Source: an uncultured delta proteobacterium (GTDB lineage Bacteria; Desulfobacterota; Binatia; UBA9968). From it: a stretch of 64,000 nucleotides of DNA. The stretch is taken from positions 160,001 through 224,000 of the forward strand of contig CAVXEP010000029.1 of NCBI GenBank assembly GCA_963760795.1, read 5' to 3'. The notes under the pieces are model-generated. The model saw nothing but the letters and a program-made list of their open reading frames with translations. It was not told where the DNA came from and did not search any database. A program made the position numbers and the translations under genes. Below are positions 48,185 to 60,809 of the stretch, piece by piece. Within the stretch, counting starts at the first letter, position 1; each line of letters opens with the position of its first letter.

Positions 48185-50122
48185 ATGAAACATCAACTCG
48201 TGAGCGGTGCCACGGCACGATCTCCACGTCGATACTCGGACATACGAAGACTGCCCATCGGTGCGGAAGTGACGGCAGCCGATGGCGTTCATTTTCGCGT
48301 GTGGGCGCCTAGCTGTGAACGCATCGAAGTTGTTTTTGAAGCGGTCAACGGAATGCCGGCAATAGCGGCGCTGGAGCTCGAGGCGGAGGATGGGGGTTAT
48401 TTCTCGGGCGCGGCGAGTGCAGCGCAAGCCGGCATGCTTTATCGCTTTCGTCTCAATGGCAGCGATCAACTCATTCCCGATCCGGTATCTCGATTCCAAC
48501 CTGAAGGGCCCCATGGTCCATCGCAGATAATCGATCCGAGCCGATTCGCTTGGAGCGACACCACTTGGCTAGGCGCGGAGCTTCTCGGCCAGGTGCTCTA
48601 TGAGCTCCATATCGGCACTTTCACGCGCGAAGGAACCTGGCGCGCGGCGCAGGACGAGCTCAAAGAACTAAAAAACTTGGGCATCACGGTGATCGAAGTA
48701 ATGCCGGTCAATGAATTTGCCGGGCGATTCGGTTGGGGTTACGATGGCGTCGATCTATTTGCGCCGACTCACCTGTACGGCGAGCCCGATGATTTTCGCC
48801 ACTTTGTCGATCATGCACATGCTTTGGGCATCGGGGTCATTCTCGATGTAGTTTACAATCATCTGGGGCCCGACGGTTGTTACGTCAAGTTGTTTTCCGA
48901 TCACTATTTCAGCGCCAAGCATACGACCGACTGGGGCGAGGCGATCAATTTCGACGGCGACCAGTGCCGGCCGGTGCGCGAATTCTTTCGCTGCAATGCG
49001 GGCTACTGGATCGAAGAGTATCATCTCGACGGCCTGCGGCTCGACGCGACGCAAAATATTTATGACGATTCCACGCCGCATATTATCGCCGAAATAGCCG
49101 CGGAGGTCAGAAAAGTTGCGGCACCGCGCGCGACCATCATTATCGCCGAGAATGAATCGCAAGATGTTAAATTGGTGCGCCCGGCAAGCGCCGGCGGCTA
49201 CGGTTTGGACGGCATGTGGAATGACGATTTCCATCACAGCGCGCGGGTTGCCCTCACCGGCGAACGCGAGGCGTATTATACCGATTACCTGGGCACGCCG
49301 CAGGAGCTGATCTCAGCGCTCAAGTGGGGATTTTTATATCAAGGCCAATGGTATCAATGGCAAAAGCAACGGCGCGGCACGCCGACTCGCGGCTTGAAGC
49401 CGAGCACGTTCGTGACCTTCCTGGAAAACCACGATCAGATCTGCAACTCGGGTTTTGGCGAGCGAATCCAATTTGCCTCTCATCCGGGTTGCTACCGGGC
49501 GTTGACCGCGTTGTTGCTGCTGGGACCGGGGACGCCGCTCTTATTCATGGGCCAGGAGTTCTGCGCTTCATCCCCCTTCGTCTTTTTTGCCGATCACAAG
49601 CCTGAGCTAGCCAAATTGGTCTACCAGGGCCGGCTCGAGTTCGTTAGTCAATTTACCAGTCTTGCGACCCCCGAGTCCCAGGCAAGAATCCCCGATCCCG
49701 CCGCTTGGCAGACCTTCGAAGCTTGCAAGTTGAAACTCGCCGAGCGCGAGGAGCACAAACCAATCTACCAGCTGCATCGCGATTTATTAAAACTGCGGCA
49801 CGACGATGCGGTGTTTCGCGCTCAAGGCGCGCACGGCTTTGACGGCGCGGTATTGGCGCAGAAAATTTTTATCCTGCGCTTTTTCGGCTCAGAGGAAGAA
49901 GGGGACCGCCTCCTTGTCATCAACCTCGGTATCGATTACGTTTATGACCCGGCTCCGGAACCGCTCCTGGCGCCGCCGGAGAAATCGCAATGGCAAATCG
50001 TCTGGTCGAGCGAAAGTCCGGTATACGGCGGCCGGGGGACAACGCCGTTCGGTACACAAAATTGGAAAATCCCGGGGTACGCGGCGATCGTTCTGGCGTC
50101 AATAAGCGTTGACATGATTTAA
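48185..50122 (+). CDS. treZ: Malto-oligosyltrehalose trehalohydrolase (GH13)
   Basis: FRVWAP, DPVSRFQPEGPHG, WGYDGV, DVVYNHLGP, GLRLDA, WNDDFHH, NHDQ. Confidence 0.9.
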   Translation: MKHQLVSGATARSPRRYSDIRRLPIGAEVTAADGVHFRVWAPSCERIEVVFEAVNGMPAIAALELEAEDGGYFSGAASAAQAGMLYRFRLNGSDQLIPDPVSRFQPEGPHGPSQIIDPSRFAWSDTTWLGAELLGQVLYELHIGTFTREGTWRAAQDELKELKNLGITVIEVMPVNEFAGRFGWGYDGVDLFAPTHLYGEPDDFRHFVDHAHALGIGVILDVVYNHLGPDGCYVKLFSDHYFSAKHTTDWGEAINFDGDQCRPVREFFRCNAGYWIEEYHLDGLRLDATQNIYDDSTPHIIAEIAAEVRKVAAPRATIIIAENESQDVKLVRPASAGGYGLDGMWNDDFHHSARVALTGEREAYYTDYLGTPQELISALKWGFLYQGQWYQWQKQRRGTPTRGLKPSTFVTFLENHDQICNSGFGERIQFASHPGCYRALTALLLLGPGTPLLFMGQEFCASSPFVFFADHKPELAKLVYQGRLEFVSQFTSLATPESQARIPDPAAWQTFEACKLKLAEREEHKPIYQLHRDLLKLRHDDAVFRAQGAHGFDGAVLAQKIFILRFFGSEEEGDRLLVINLGIDYVYDPAPEPLLAPPEKSQWQIVWSSESPVYGGRGTTPFGTQNWKIPGYAAIVLASISVDMI

Positions 50123-50160
50123 CGATTTGAAACCTGCCTAGAACTGTTTTGGAGGGACCT

Positions 50161-52378
50161 ATGCGAGTGTGGCCGGGGAAACCTTATCCGTTAGGGGCGA
50201 CATGGGATGGCAAAGGGGTCAACTTTGCATTGTTTTCAGAATCGGCGAGCAAAGTTGAACTCTGTCTATTCGATGGCAGTCGATGCCAGTCAAGAAGCTC
50301 AGCGCTTGGAATTAACCGAACGCACCGATCAGGTCTGGCATGCCTATCTCCCGGAAGCGTTGCCGGGGCAGCTCTACGGCTATCGCGTGCACGGTCCTTA
50401 CGAGCCAAGCCAAGGCCATCGCTTCAATCCGCACAAGATCGTCCTCGATCCCTATGCTAAATCCATCGGCCGGGAGCTGCGCTGGGCGGACGAAGTTTTC
50501 GCTTACCGCATGGGCGACCCGGAAGCCGACCTCACGTTCGACGAGCGGGACAGCGCGCCTTATGCTCCCTTGGCGGTGGTCATCGATCCGGCTTTTACCT
50601 GGGGCGATGACAAGCCGCCGCACACGCCCTGGCATAAGACGATTATTTACGAGTTGCACGTCAAGGGTTTTACCAAACTGCATCCAGGAGTCGGCGAACC
50701 GCTGCGCGGCAGTTATGCCGGGTTGGCCTCGGAGGTGGTGGTCAATCACCTACTCAATCTAGGGGTCACCGCCGTGGAGCTGATGCCGGTGCATCAATTT
50801 ATCAACGATCGCCATCTGGTCGACCGCGGCAAAGTTAATTATTGGGGCTACAACTCGCTGGCCTATTTGGCGCCCGAGTGCCGCTATAGCGCCACCAGTA
50901 TTCCCCAGGACGCGGTGCAGCAGTTTAAAATGATGGTGGCGGCGTTTCATGCCGCAGGCATCGAGGTCATTCTCGACGTGGTCTACAACCACACCGCGGA
51001 GGGCAATCAGCTTGGCCCGACGCTGTCGCTGCGCGGCATCGACAACGCAGCCTATTACAAACTCACACCCGAGGATCAGCGTTTTTACATGGACTATACC
51101 GGCTGCGGCAATTCCCTCAATGTGCGCCATCCGCGGGTCTTGCAGCTGATCATGGACAGCCTGCGCTATTGGGTTGCCGACATGCATGTGGACGGCTTCC
51201 GTTTCGACCTCGCCAGCACCTTGGCGCGGGAACTTTATGAAGTAGATCGCCTTGGCGCGTTTTTCGACATTATTCATCAAGACCCGACTCTGTCACAGGT
51301 CAAATTGATCGCCGAACCTTGGGATGTCGGGCCAGGCGGCTATCAAGTGGGTAATTTCCCGGTGCTATGGAGTGAATGGAATGGCAAATACCGCGACGGC
51401 GTCCGGCGCTTTTGGAAAGGCGACGGCGGCACCCTGTCGGAATTTGCCACGCGCCTGAGCGGCAGCAGCGATCTTTATCAAAGTGACGGCCGTAAGCCAT
51501 ACGCCAGCATCAACTTCATCACCTGCCACGACGGTTTCAACTTGCAAGATCTGGTGAGCTACAACGAGAAGCACAATGAGGCCAATGGCGAAAATAATCA
51601 GGACGGCGCCAACGACAACAACAGTTGGAACTGCGGTGTGGAGGGCCCCACCGACGATCCCGCTGTGAACGCGCTGCGCTGGAAGCAAAAGCGCAACCTG
51701 ATCGCCACGCTCTTATTTTCTCAGGGTGTGCCGATGCTTTTAGCCGGCGATGAGCTGAGCCACACGCAGCAAGGCAACAACAACACCTATTGCCAGGACA
51801 ACGAGCTTACCTGGCTCGATTGGGAACTGACAGATGAGGAGCAGGATTTTCTCGAATTCGTCAAACAGATGATTTCCATCCGCCGCAGCCAACCGGTCTT
51901 TCAACGGAGCAAATTTTTTCAGGGGCGGCCAATCTTCGGCGGCGATGAGAGCGACATCACCTGGTTCGAGCCTTCGGGCAAGCCGATGGGCGAAGCGGCA
52001 TGGAGCGCCGGATTTAACCAGTGCTTCGGCGTGCGCATGCCGGGCGATTTGATCGGTGAAGTCGATGATCGCGGGCAGGAGATCAAAGGCGATTCGATCT
52101 TGATTCTGATGAACGCTTTCCACGAACCGATTCCCTTCAAGATTCCGGCGCGCGTCAAGGGGCAGCGCTGGCAACGCTTGATCGACACGGCGCTCCCCGG
52201 CACCGCGCGTAATTGGTTTGCCAGCGGCAAAGCTTACGATCTCAAAGGCCGATCGATGGTCGTGTTCCGCACGGTGGCGGGCGATTTGGCGGTCGACCCG
52301 CCAAGGCGCCGCGCCGCGGCCGCACACTCGCGAGCGCGGCGCCAACCCTTAAAGACGGCATCGGGCAAGCGGAAATAG
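50161..52378 (+). CDS. glgX: Glycogen debranching isoamylase (GH13); +1 frameshift at ~50276
   Basis: [50 protein letters not shown]. Confidence 0.93.
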
Positions 52379-52794
52379 ATAGTTCGACAACGGGGAGAGA
52401 CCCACTCGAAGGGACATAAAAGCCGCGGCGAGCGGGGACCAAGCAGGACGAGCGTCGATTAATAAATTATCTTTCCGGCGCCGCGCGAACAGCAACGCTT
52501 TTAACTCCCGTTTGCTGAAGCCGCCGGTATGCGGCAGGTTAGGTGGCCCAGCGACTATCGCGATGTAGGATCGGCTATGCCCATCGCGAGCCCTCGATGA
52601 CTACTCACAAAACGTTCAATCCCACCGCGAAGTAATTCGCCCCCGTCTTCTCTTAATCGGCACGCGAGCCACGCCGCATACCTGAAAAATCTCAGCAGTC
52701 CTCGAGGACGGTGTTCCGTTTCATCTCCGGGAAATTTTATCAGCCTTTGGGTCACATCCAAGACACTTCGTCATTCTGACGGGGTATGCATGGT

Positions 52795-52809
52795 TGGTAC
52801 GTTCGTTGC
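52795..52809 (+). promoter_or_regulatory. sigma54 -24/-12 element
   Basis: TGGTACGTTCGTTGC. Confidence 0.75.
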
Positions 52810-52884
52810 TTTATTTAGCGCAAAAGAGACTGCGAAGGGTGCGAGTAACTCCTTTTTCGACTAACTAATTTTGCGAGGTGAACC

Positions 52885-53682
52885 ATGCAATTAAAAGAAT
52901 TTATCAATTACCACGTCGAAACGATTGGCCCGGAAGACACGTTGCAACAGGCCGCGGAGAAAATGCGCGATTTCGATGTCGGGTCGATTCCGGTTTGCGA
53001 CGACAACCGACTGCTCGGCATGGTGACGGATCGTGACATTACGATCCGAGCTGCCGCCAACGGCGACGATCCAACAATCACCACTGTGAGCGAAGTCATG
53101 ACCCCCGACGTCGTTTGTTGTTACGAGCATCAGACGGTAGAAGAAGCCGCGGCACTGATGCAACAGCATCAAATACGTCGGCTGTTTGTGCTGAATGAAA
53201 ACGACGAATTGATCGGCATCACCTCTTTGGGTGAGCTTGCGACGGCGACCGGAAACCGGCAGCTGGCGGGTGAAACTCTCGAGCGGGTGTCCGACTCCGC
53301 CGAGGTTCCGCCGGATCGAGAGCAGGATTTGTCGGACGCGGAGGAAGAAACAAGCATGGGTGACGGCGCGCTGGCGGCTGAGACCCGGGTCACCGGATTA
53401 TTCGATGATTCGGATCAAGCCAGGGAAGCGGTGGAAGAATTAAAAGACGCCGGTTTTGCCGATTATCGGATTGCCGTCGCCATGCAGGACAGGGCGGATC
53501 AGGACAGCTTTATCGCCGAAACCAAAGTGCTCACCGCGGCTGTGCAAGAAATTCCCAGTCTTCCGGAACTCGACTCCGGACAGGTGCTCCTTCTGATCGA
53601 CGCCGCCGATCAGGCTGCGCTGGCGTTAGAAATTATCAACCGCAATCAAGGTGTCACCGGCGGCGTGCGCATGCCGACGTAA
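52885..53682 (+). CDS. CBS-pair protein with a C-terminal YflT-like domain
   Basis: GMVTDRDITIR, IRRL.V; C-terminal GLFDD..QA.EAVEELK.AGF. Confidence 0.85.
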   Translation: MQLKEFINYHVETIGPEDTLQQAAEKMRDFDVGSIPVCDDNRLLGMVTDRDITIRAAANGDDPTITTVSEVMTPDVVCCYEHQTVEEAAALMQQHQIRRLFVLNENDELIGITSLGELATATGNRQLAGETLERVSDSAEVPPDREQDLSDAEEETSMGDGALAAETRVTGLFDDSDQAREAVEELKDAGFADYRIAVAMQDRADQDSFIAETKVLTAAVQEIPSLPELDSGQVLLLIDAADQAALALEIINRNQGVTGGVRMPT

Positions 53683-53812
53683 TCGTCTTGAGTTGGCGCG
53701 GCGAGACACCGGAGCGAGGTTCACCAAGGTTTGCGCCGGCTTGAGATTTTTTAGGCTGAAAGTGGGATTGCGCAGACGGAAATATCAAGACGGTTAGGGC
53801 GAGGCAACGAAA

Positions 53813-54754
53813 GTGTCGTTCTGGACTCTAATAAGAGAAGCATTTAGCCAATGGTGGAATGAAGATCGGCCGTTCGAATTGGCGGCCGCACTGGCTTACT
53901 ACACGCTCTTTTCGCTCGCCCCAATGCTGGTGATTGCGGTATCAGTCGCGGGTTTCTTTTTCGGCCGCGAAGCGGCACAAAATCAAATCGTCGAAACGCT
54001 TTCCGGTTTTGTCGGTAAGGATGCCGGCATCGTCATTCAGACCATGATCGAAAACGCGAGCAAGCAGCAGACCACCGACAGTATTTTCGCCATGCTCGTG
54101 GGAGTGGCTCTGCTGTTATTCGGCGCCGGCGGCGTGGTCGGCCAACTCCAAAGCTCATTGAATATGATCTGGGGGGTGGAACCAAGACCAGACCGAGGCA
54201 TCCTGGGTTTTATCAAAGAGCGCTTTATCTCATACGGCATGGTGCTCGGGGTCGGCTTTCTCTTGCTGGTATCTCTGGTCGTGAGCGCGGCGCTTTCGGC
54301 CTTCGATAAGTTTCTCGGGGGTGCGGCACCCGGCGCTAGCTTGCTGCTCCAGGTCATCCATTTTCTCGTTTCCCTTGGACTGATCGCATTTATGTTTGCC
54401 GCGATTTATCGTTTCATGCCGGACGGTCGTATCGCGTGGAGGGACGTAGCGGTCGGCGGTATTCTCACCGCTCTCCTATTTAACGTCGGCAAGTTTTTTA
54501 TTGGGCTTTACCTCGGGCAAAGCTCGGTAACCTCGGTTTATGGCGCCGCAGGATCGCTGGTCACCTTGCTCTTGTGGATCTATTACTCTTCGCTGATTTT
54601 TTTCTTTGGCGCCGAATTGACTCAGGTGTACGCGACCAGATTCGGATCTGGATTAATACCTTCACCCAACGCGCAGCCGGCCGCGCCTGAAATACAGCGC
54701 GGGAAGCGGGTGCGGCGTGCCGATAACCGGCGCGCCGTCAGACCCACGCAATAA
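53813..54754 (+). CDS. YihY/BrkB family membrane protein
   Basis: AAALAYYTLFSLAP, YGAAGSLV.LLLWIYYS...GAE. Confidence 0.9.
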   Translation: MSFWTLIREAFSQWWNEDRPFELAAALAYYTLFSLAPMLVIAVSVAGFFFGREAAQNQIVETLSGFVGKDAGIVIQTMIENASKQQTTDSIFAMLVGVALLLFGAGGVVGQLQSSLNMIWGVEPRPDRGILGFIKERFISYGMVLGVGFLLLVSLVVSAALSAFDKFLGGAAPGASLLLQVIHFLVSLGLIAFMFAAIYRFMPDGRIAWRDVAVGGILTALLFNVGKFFIGLYLGQSSVTSVYGAAGSLVTLLLWIYYSSLIFFFGAELTQVYATRFGSGLIPSPNAQPAAPEIQRGKRVRRADNRRAVRPTQ

Positions 54755-54790
54755 ATATATTGAAAAAACTAATTCGAAGGAGGAATTTTT

Positions 54791-55361
54791 ATGCCGAACG
54801 CAACGCAAATACTACGTCAGGACCACAAGAAGGTGAAGTCTTTGTTCGATAAGTTCGAGCAGGGCAAGGCTGGCGATGCCAAAAGACGCTTGGCCAAGCA
54901 GGCAATGAACGAGTTGAAGGTTCACGCACAGGTGGAAGAAGAGATTTTCTATCCCGCCGTGAAAAATGCGATTGAAGCCAGTGAGTTAGTCGATGAGGCG
55001 AAAAAAGAACACCAGGCGGCAAAGTCGCTAATCAGCCAGCTCGAAAAAATCAGGGGCCAAGACAACGGAGAGGCCGACTTTGACGCTAAATTCGCCGAGC
55101 TCATGCAAGCCATCAAGCACCATGTCGAGGAAGAAGAAGGCGAGATGTTTCCGCAAGTTGAAGACAGCGGGCTGGATCTCTCAGCCTTAGGCGCGCGGAT
55201 GATGAAGCGTAAGCAAGAAATTCACCAAGGGTGTGGGCTCGCAGAGCACAAAGTCCAGAACCCGCTCGAAGTCCCCAAGCAAATCTAAATCGACTCGTAA
55301 GACCAAGTCGCGGTCAAAAACAGCGCGCGGCTCCGGCAGGAAACGCGCGCGGGCGCGCTGA
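54791..55361 (+). CDS. Hemerythrin-like HHE protein with a basic Ser/Lys/Arg tail (+1 frameshift at ~55221; the ORF track ends it at 55288)
   Basis: RQDH, HAQVEEEIFYP, EH, HHVEEEE; +1 frame reads TKGVGSQSTKSRTRSKSPSKSKSTRKTKSRSKTARGSGRKRARAR. Confidence 0.8.
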
Positions 55362-55647
55362 GCGAAACTCAAGAGAGTGCGATTGACATCGTACTCTCTT
55401 CAGCCTCCGGTGTAGGTTTATTTGGTGCCCCGAGGCCAGCACGACCATCCTCAACACGGTCAAGCGATGCTTCTAAGCGGCACCCAAGTTAGCGTTCAAC
55501 GCCGATAATTGATTGGTACCAAGGTGTACACGCACCACATAACGGTTCGTGCTTAGCGGATAACCAAACGCGCAGCCTTGCCACAGAGCAGCTCGTAAAC
55601 TATTCGGAAGTCTCTTCACCGGTGAGCACGTTTCCAATTTGATTGTC

Positions 55648-56139
55648 CTATGTATGTTTCTTCCCCGGTCGATTCGACCCTCTAGCTTTAGGCGCGGTTT
55701 TTTTGCAGTCCGGGCATAAGCCTTCAAGATAAACCGAGAAATCCACGATCTCGAATCCGGTTCGACGGGCATCAGGAAACGGCAGCCGGCTGAGACTTGG
55801 ATCGTCAAAATCGACTACCTTATCGCACCGGACACATACCAGGTGGTGGTGGTGATCGATATTACTGTCGAATCGAGCCATCGCGGCAACATGACTGGTT
55901 TTTCTGGAAACTCCGAGATCGACAAAAGTCTCCAAGGTGCGGTACACCGTAGTACGTGACACCCCGCGGATTCTGTCTTTGACGTCTTCATAGACCTGAT
56001 CGATGGTAGGGTGATCGTGGCGGTCCAATAACGCCTCGAAAATCGCCCGGCGTTGCACCGTCATGGGTATCCCCCGCTCACGACATTTGGCCTCGAGACT
56101 GCCGATCTTTCCTTGCCTATCTAATTTGACCTTGCTCAT
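55648..56139 (-). CDS. Fur/PerR-family regulator
   Basis: TVQRRAI, HPT, SRTTVYRTL, HHHLVCxxC, GLCPDC; RBS GGAGG before ATG 56139. Confidence 0.92.
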   Translation of the reverse strand: MSKVKLDRQGKIGSLEAKCRERGIPMTVQRRAIFEALLDRHDHPTIDQVYEDVKDRIRGVSRTTVYRTLETFVDLGVSRKTSHVAAMARFDSNIDHHHHLVCVRCDKVVDFDDPSLSRLPFPDARRTGFEIVDFSVYLEGLCPDCKKTAPKARGSNRPGKKHT

Positions 56140-56439
56140 GTTCCTCCCTTGGAACCGAGGGCTCTCCCTGTCCAACGAATCACAAGGAACAATTTATACT
56201 ATCTAGGCGGGCGGCGGAATCGGCGCAAACCCAGTCCCATTTCAATGTCGTCAATTGTCGGCCGGATCGGACATGTAATATTGGCGCGCCGGAATATCGC
56301 TTGGCATAGCACTAATTACCATTGCTAGGCGAAGAACATCCCGGTTCAGCGGCGGCAGTGCGCCTTCCGCTGAACCGGTGGTTAGCTGGCAGTTTTCTTG
56401 CCGACCTGTCAGAAGCCCTCGAAGAAGATCCTGTAGCGA

Positions 56440-58680
<2,241 letters not shown>

Positions 58681-59228
58681 TTACAGATAGCGAGGTCCTT
58701 ATCATCTTACCGTTGATTTTGCGCCGCCCGGGGGCCGCATCGCGGTCCAGCGGCACGGCAGTCGCGCATACGCCACACTAGACGCTAACGTTCTATGAAT
58801 ATGAACTGACGCTTACAACCGACAGCAAATGAAGTCAATACTTATGGCGACTCATTCGCGTGGGATCTCTTATTGGTCACGCGTAAATGTTCTTAGTTAA
58901 GTTAAAGATAGGTTAAAGCGATCAAGAAAGAAGTTCCATAATAGTTGATAATTAGCTCTTGCAACCGAACCTACAAAGCAGCCGAACATGAAACTCGTCC
59001 AACTTCACGAAAATATTTCAGCCCCTAACGCAGCGTTTGATGTCGTAGTACGTTGAAAGAGTCTTTGCCTGGATGACGAGTAGCAACGCGCTGGTCAGAT
59101 ATACGAGGCGAGTATCTCGCAGAGATTTACAATATTTCCCCGTTGTTCAGGGTCAGATAAAAAGGTTTCATTCGTAATCGGTTCGTCCTCGCTCATGTTT
59201 CCTCGCGCTGTCAAGCATATGATGCCAC

Positions 59229-59750
59229 CTAGCCCTTCTTCGGTCGGAGCGAGTTGGCAGCGTTGAGTTTCGCGCGTTGCAACCGTGAAGATGCACTCAA
59301 TCGAGGTAGTTTTTCAAGGGTGTTCGTTAGGGAATCATATCGGCCATCGAGACGGCGAAAATCGACCGCGACAGAATTGGACCCCCAGCGAATCTGAAAA
59401 ACCCGTACGTTCATTCGCTCAAGAAGAGCGCCAAGACTACGCAATAATTGAGATAACGTATGCGATGCCTCAGTTTGAAAAGAATTTGGTCGTCTTCGCA
59501 GTTGCGCCTGCGTCTCGAGTCGAAAAATATCCGGCAGCCTAAAACGTACGGGGCTGGAACCTACTGGTTGGCTGGAGGCCTGCGCGGTAAAATCACTGCG
59601 ACTGCACTCATGGGGAAACCACCCACCATTTTGAGTCAGAGGCTCACAGGTGACGGTATAATTCGGACCGTCCGTTTTCAGCTCGAAAGTACGGATGTTG
59701 GCGGCCTCGAGCCACTGCCCAATAACTCGTAATGATTCAGAGTGAGCCAT
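59229..59750 (-). CDS. Hypothetical protein with an internal duplicated LRxxGxxL motif
   Basis: SESLRVIGQWLE and SQLLRSLGALLE; RBS GGAG. Confidence 0.65.
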   Translation of the reverse strand: MAHSESLRVIGQWLEAANIRTFELKTDGPNYTVTCEPLTQNGGWFPHECSRSDFTAQASSQPVGSSPVRFRLPDIFRLETQAQLRRRPNSFQTEASHTLSQLLRSLGALLERMNVRVFQIRWGSNSVAVDFRRLDGRYDSLTNTLEKLPRLSASSRLQRAKLNAANSLRPKKG

Positions 59751-59890
59751 ACGATGCGATGCTCCGTGTAGTCAATGTGAAGATTTCCCTTGAAATACAG
59801 TGATCCGGTGGAGGTCTTTTTGAACGCGATAGCGTAATACCAATCGTAGGGCGGGCGTGGAGGCTCGTATTCCTGCTGGTTCCTTACACC

Positions 59891-60100
59891 CTAATGCTTT
59901 CGGCTCCCAGGTGTGTTAACGCTTTCGTCCTTCTCCCCAACAGGATCTTCCGAGAGGCTTCTCTTTTCGCACAATGAACACAACTGCGTCTCGCCCATGC
60001 AAATACAGCAAGCGAGGTCTTCTTTAATGCGGCCATCGAGTCTTATACATGGATGTCCGCACTTTGTTCCGACATCAACGCCAGGCGTATTTTTATCCAT
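59891..60100 (-). CDS. Cys-rich microprotein, possible Zn finger
   Basis: CGHPC...CCIC...CSLC; RBS AGGA. Confidence 0.5.
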   Translation of the reverse strand: MDKNTPGVDVGTKCGHPCIRLDGRIKEDLACCICMGETQLCSLCEKRSLSEDPVGEKDESVNTPGSRKH

Positions 60101-60170
60101 AAATTTTTCCTAAAAATGACATTCAACCAATTATCTCAATACATCTTAGAGACGCTGCCGTCAGTCCTGC

Positions 60171-60566
60171 TCAATCGAGCAGATCCTTAGGCACATTGCC
60201 ACCGTTGGCGGCGATTTGCGCGAGCACGGTCTTGTGCAGCCAGATATTCATCTTCGCCGAATCCGCCATGAGATCCGGCGGGCAGCCCAGCTCCGTAGCC
60301 AGCTCCTTGCGCGCCGCAAAGCTGCTATCGATCTCGAGCAGCTTCAGCAGGTCGACGATGGAAGTGCGCCAGTTCAGCTTCTGCGGGTTAGCTGCCGCGC
60401 GCTGCTCCAGCTGCGCGACGACATCGACGACCGCGACCGGCCTGGGCGGCGGCGGTGCTGCCTGACCAGCAGTCGGGCTTGCCGCCGAGGTGGGAGGCGG
60501 CGTAGCAGGGTTAACGTCCTTGCTGCCGATGCCCAGTTTCTCGAGTATATTGCTGAAGAATCCCAT
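60171..60566 (-). CDS. DUF3597 family protein
   Basis: LNWRTSIVDLLKLL.IDSS..ARKELA.EL, DSA.MNIWLHK.V, ANGG.VP. Confidence 0.9.
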   Translation of the reverse strand: MGFFSNILEKLGIGSKDVNPATPPPTSAASPTAGQAAPPPPRPVAVVDVVAQLEQRAAANPQKLNWRTSIVDLLKLLEIDSSFAARKELATELGCPPDLMADSAKMNIWLHKTVLAQIAANGGNVPKDLLD

Positions 60567-60809
60567 GGCGATCTCCTTTGTTATTTGTCTTGTTTAGAAC
60601 GTATCTATGTGATTGTAATTGGTTAGTTTGCCCGCTTGTATTTATAAGCCTTAAGCGTCGGCGCAGAGCCTACTAGAGATGTTACATTTAGCCATTTCAG
60701 TTCCAGGTGCCCGCACTGATTATTTACCGCGGTATTTTCGACTGAAGGCAGCATTACCCATGTTGCGAATCAGCAATGGCGATTTTTATAAAAAGCATTC
60801 CACTTGAAA

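Noticed and set aside
56180-56210. Fur/Per box upstream of fur (and AT-rich tract at 58935-58955)
   Set aside because: AT-rich but no clear 7-1-7 inverted repeat.
58780-59045. Further attC-like RYYYAAC cores
   Set aside because: No complementary GTTRRRY partner or pairing arms found.
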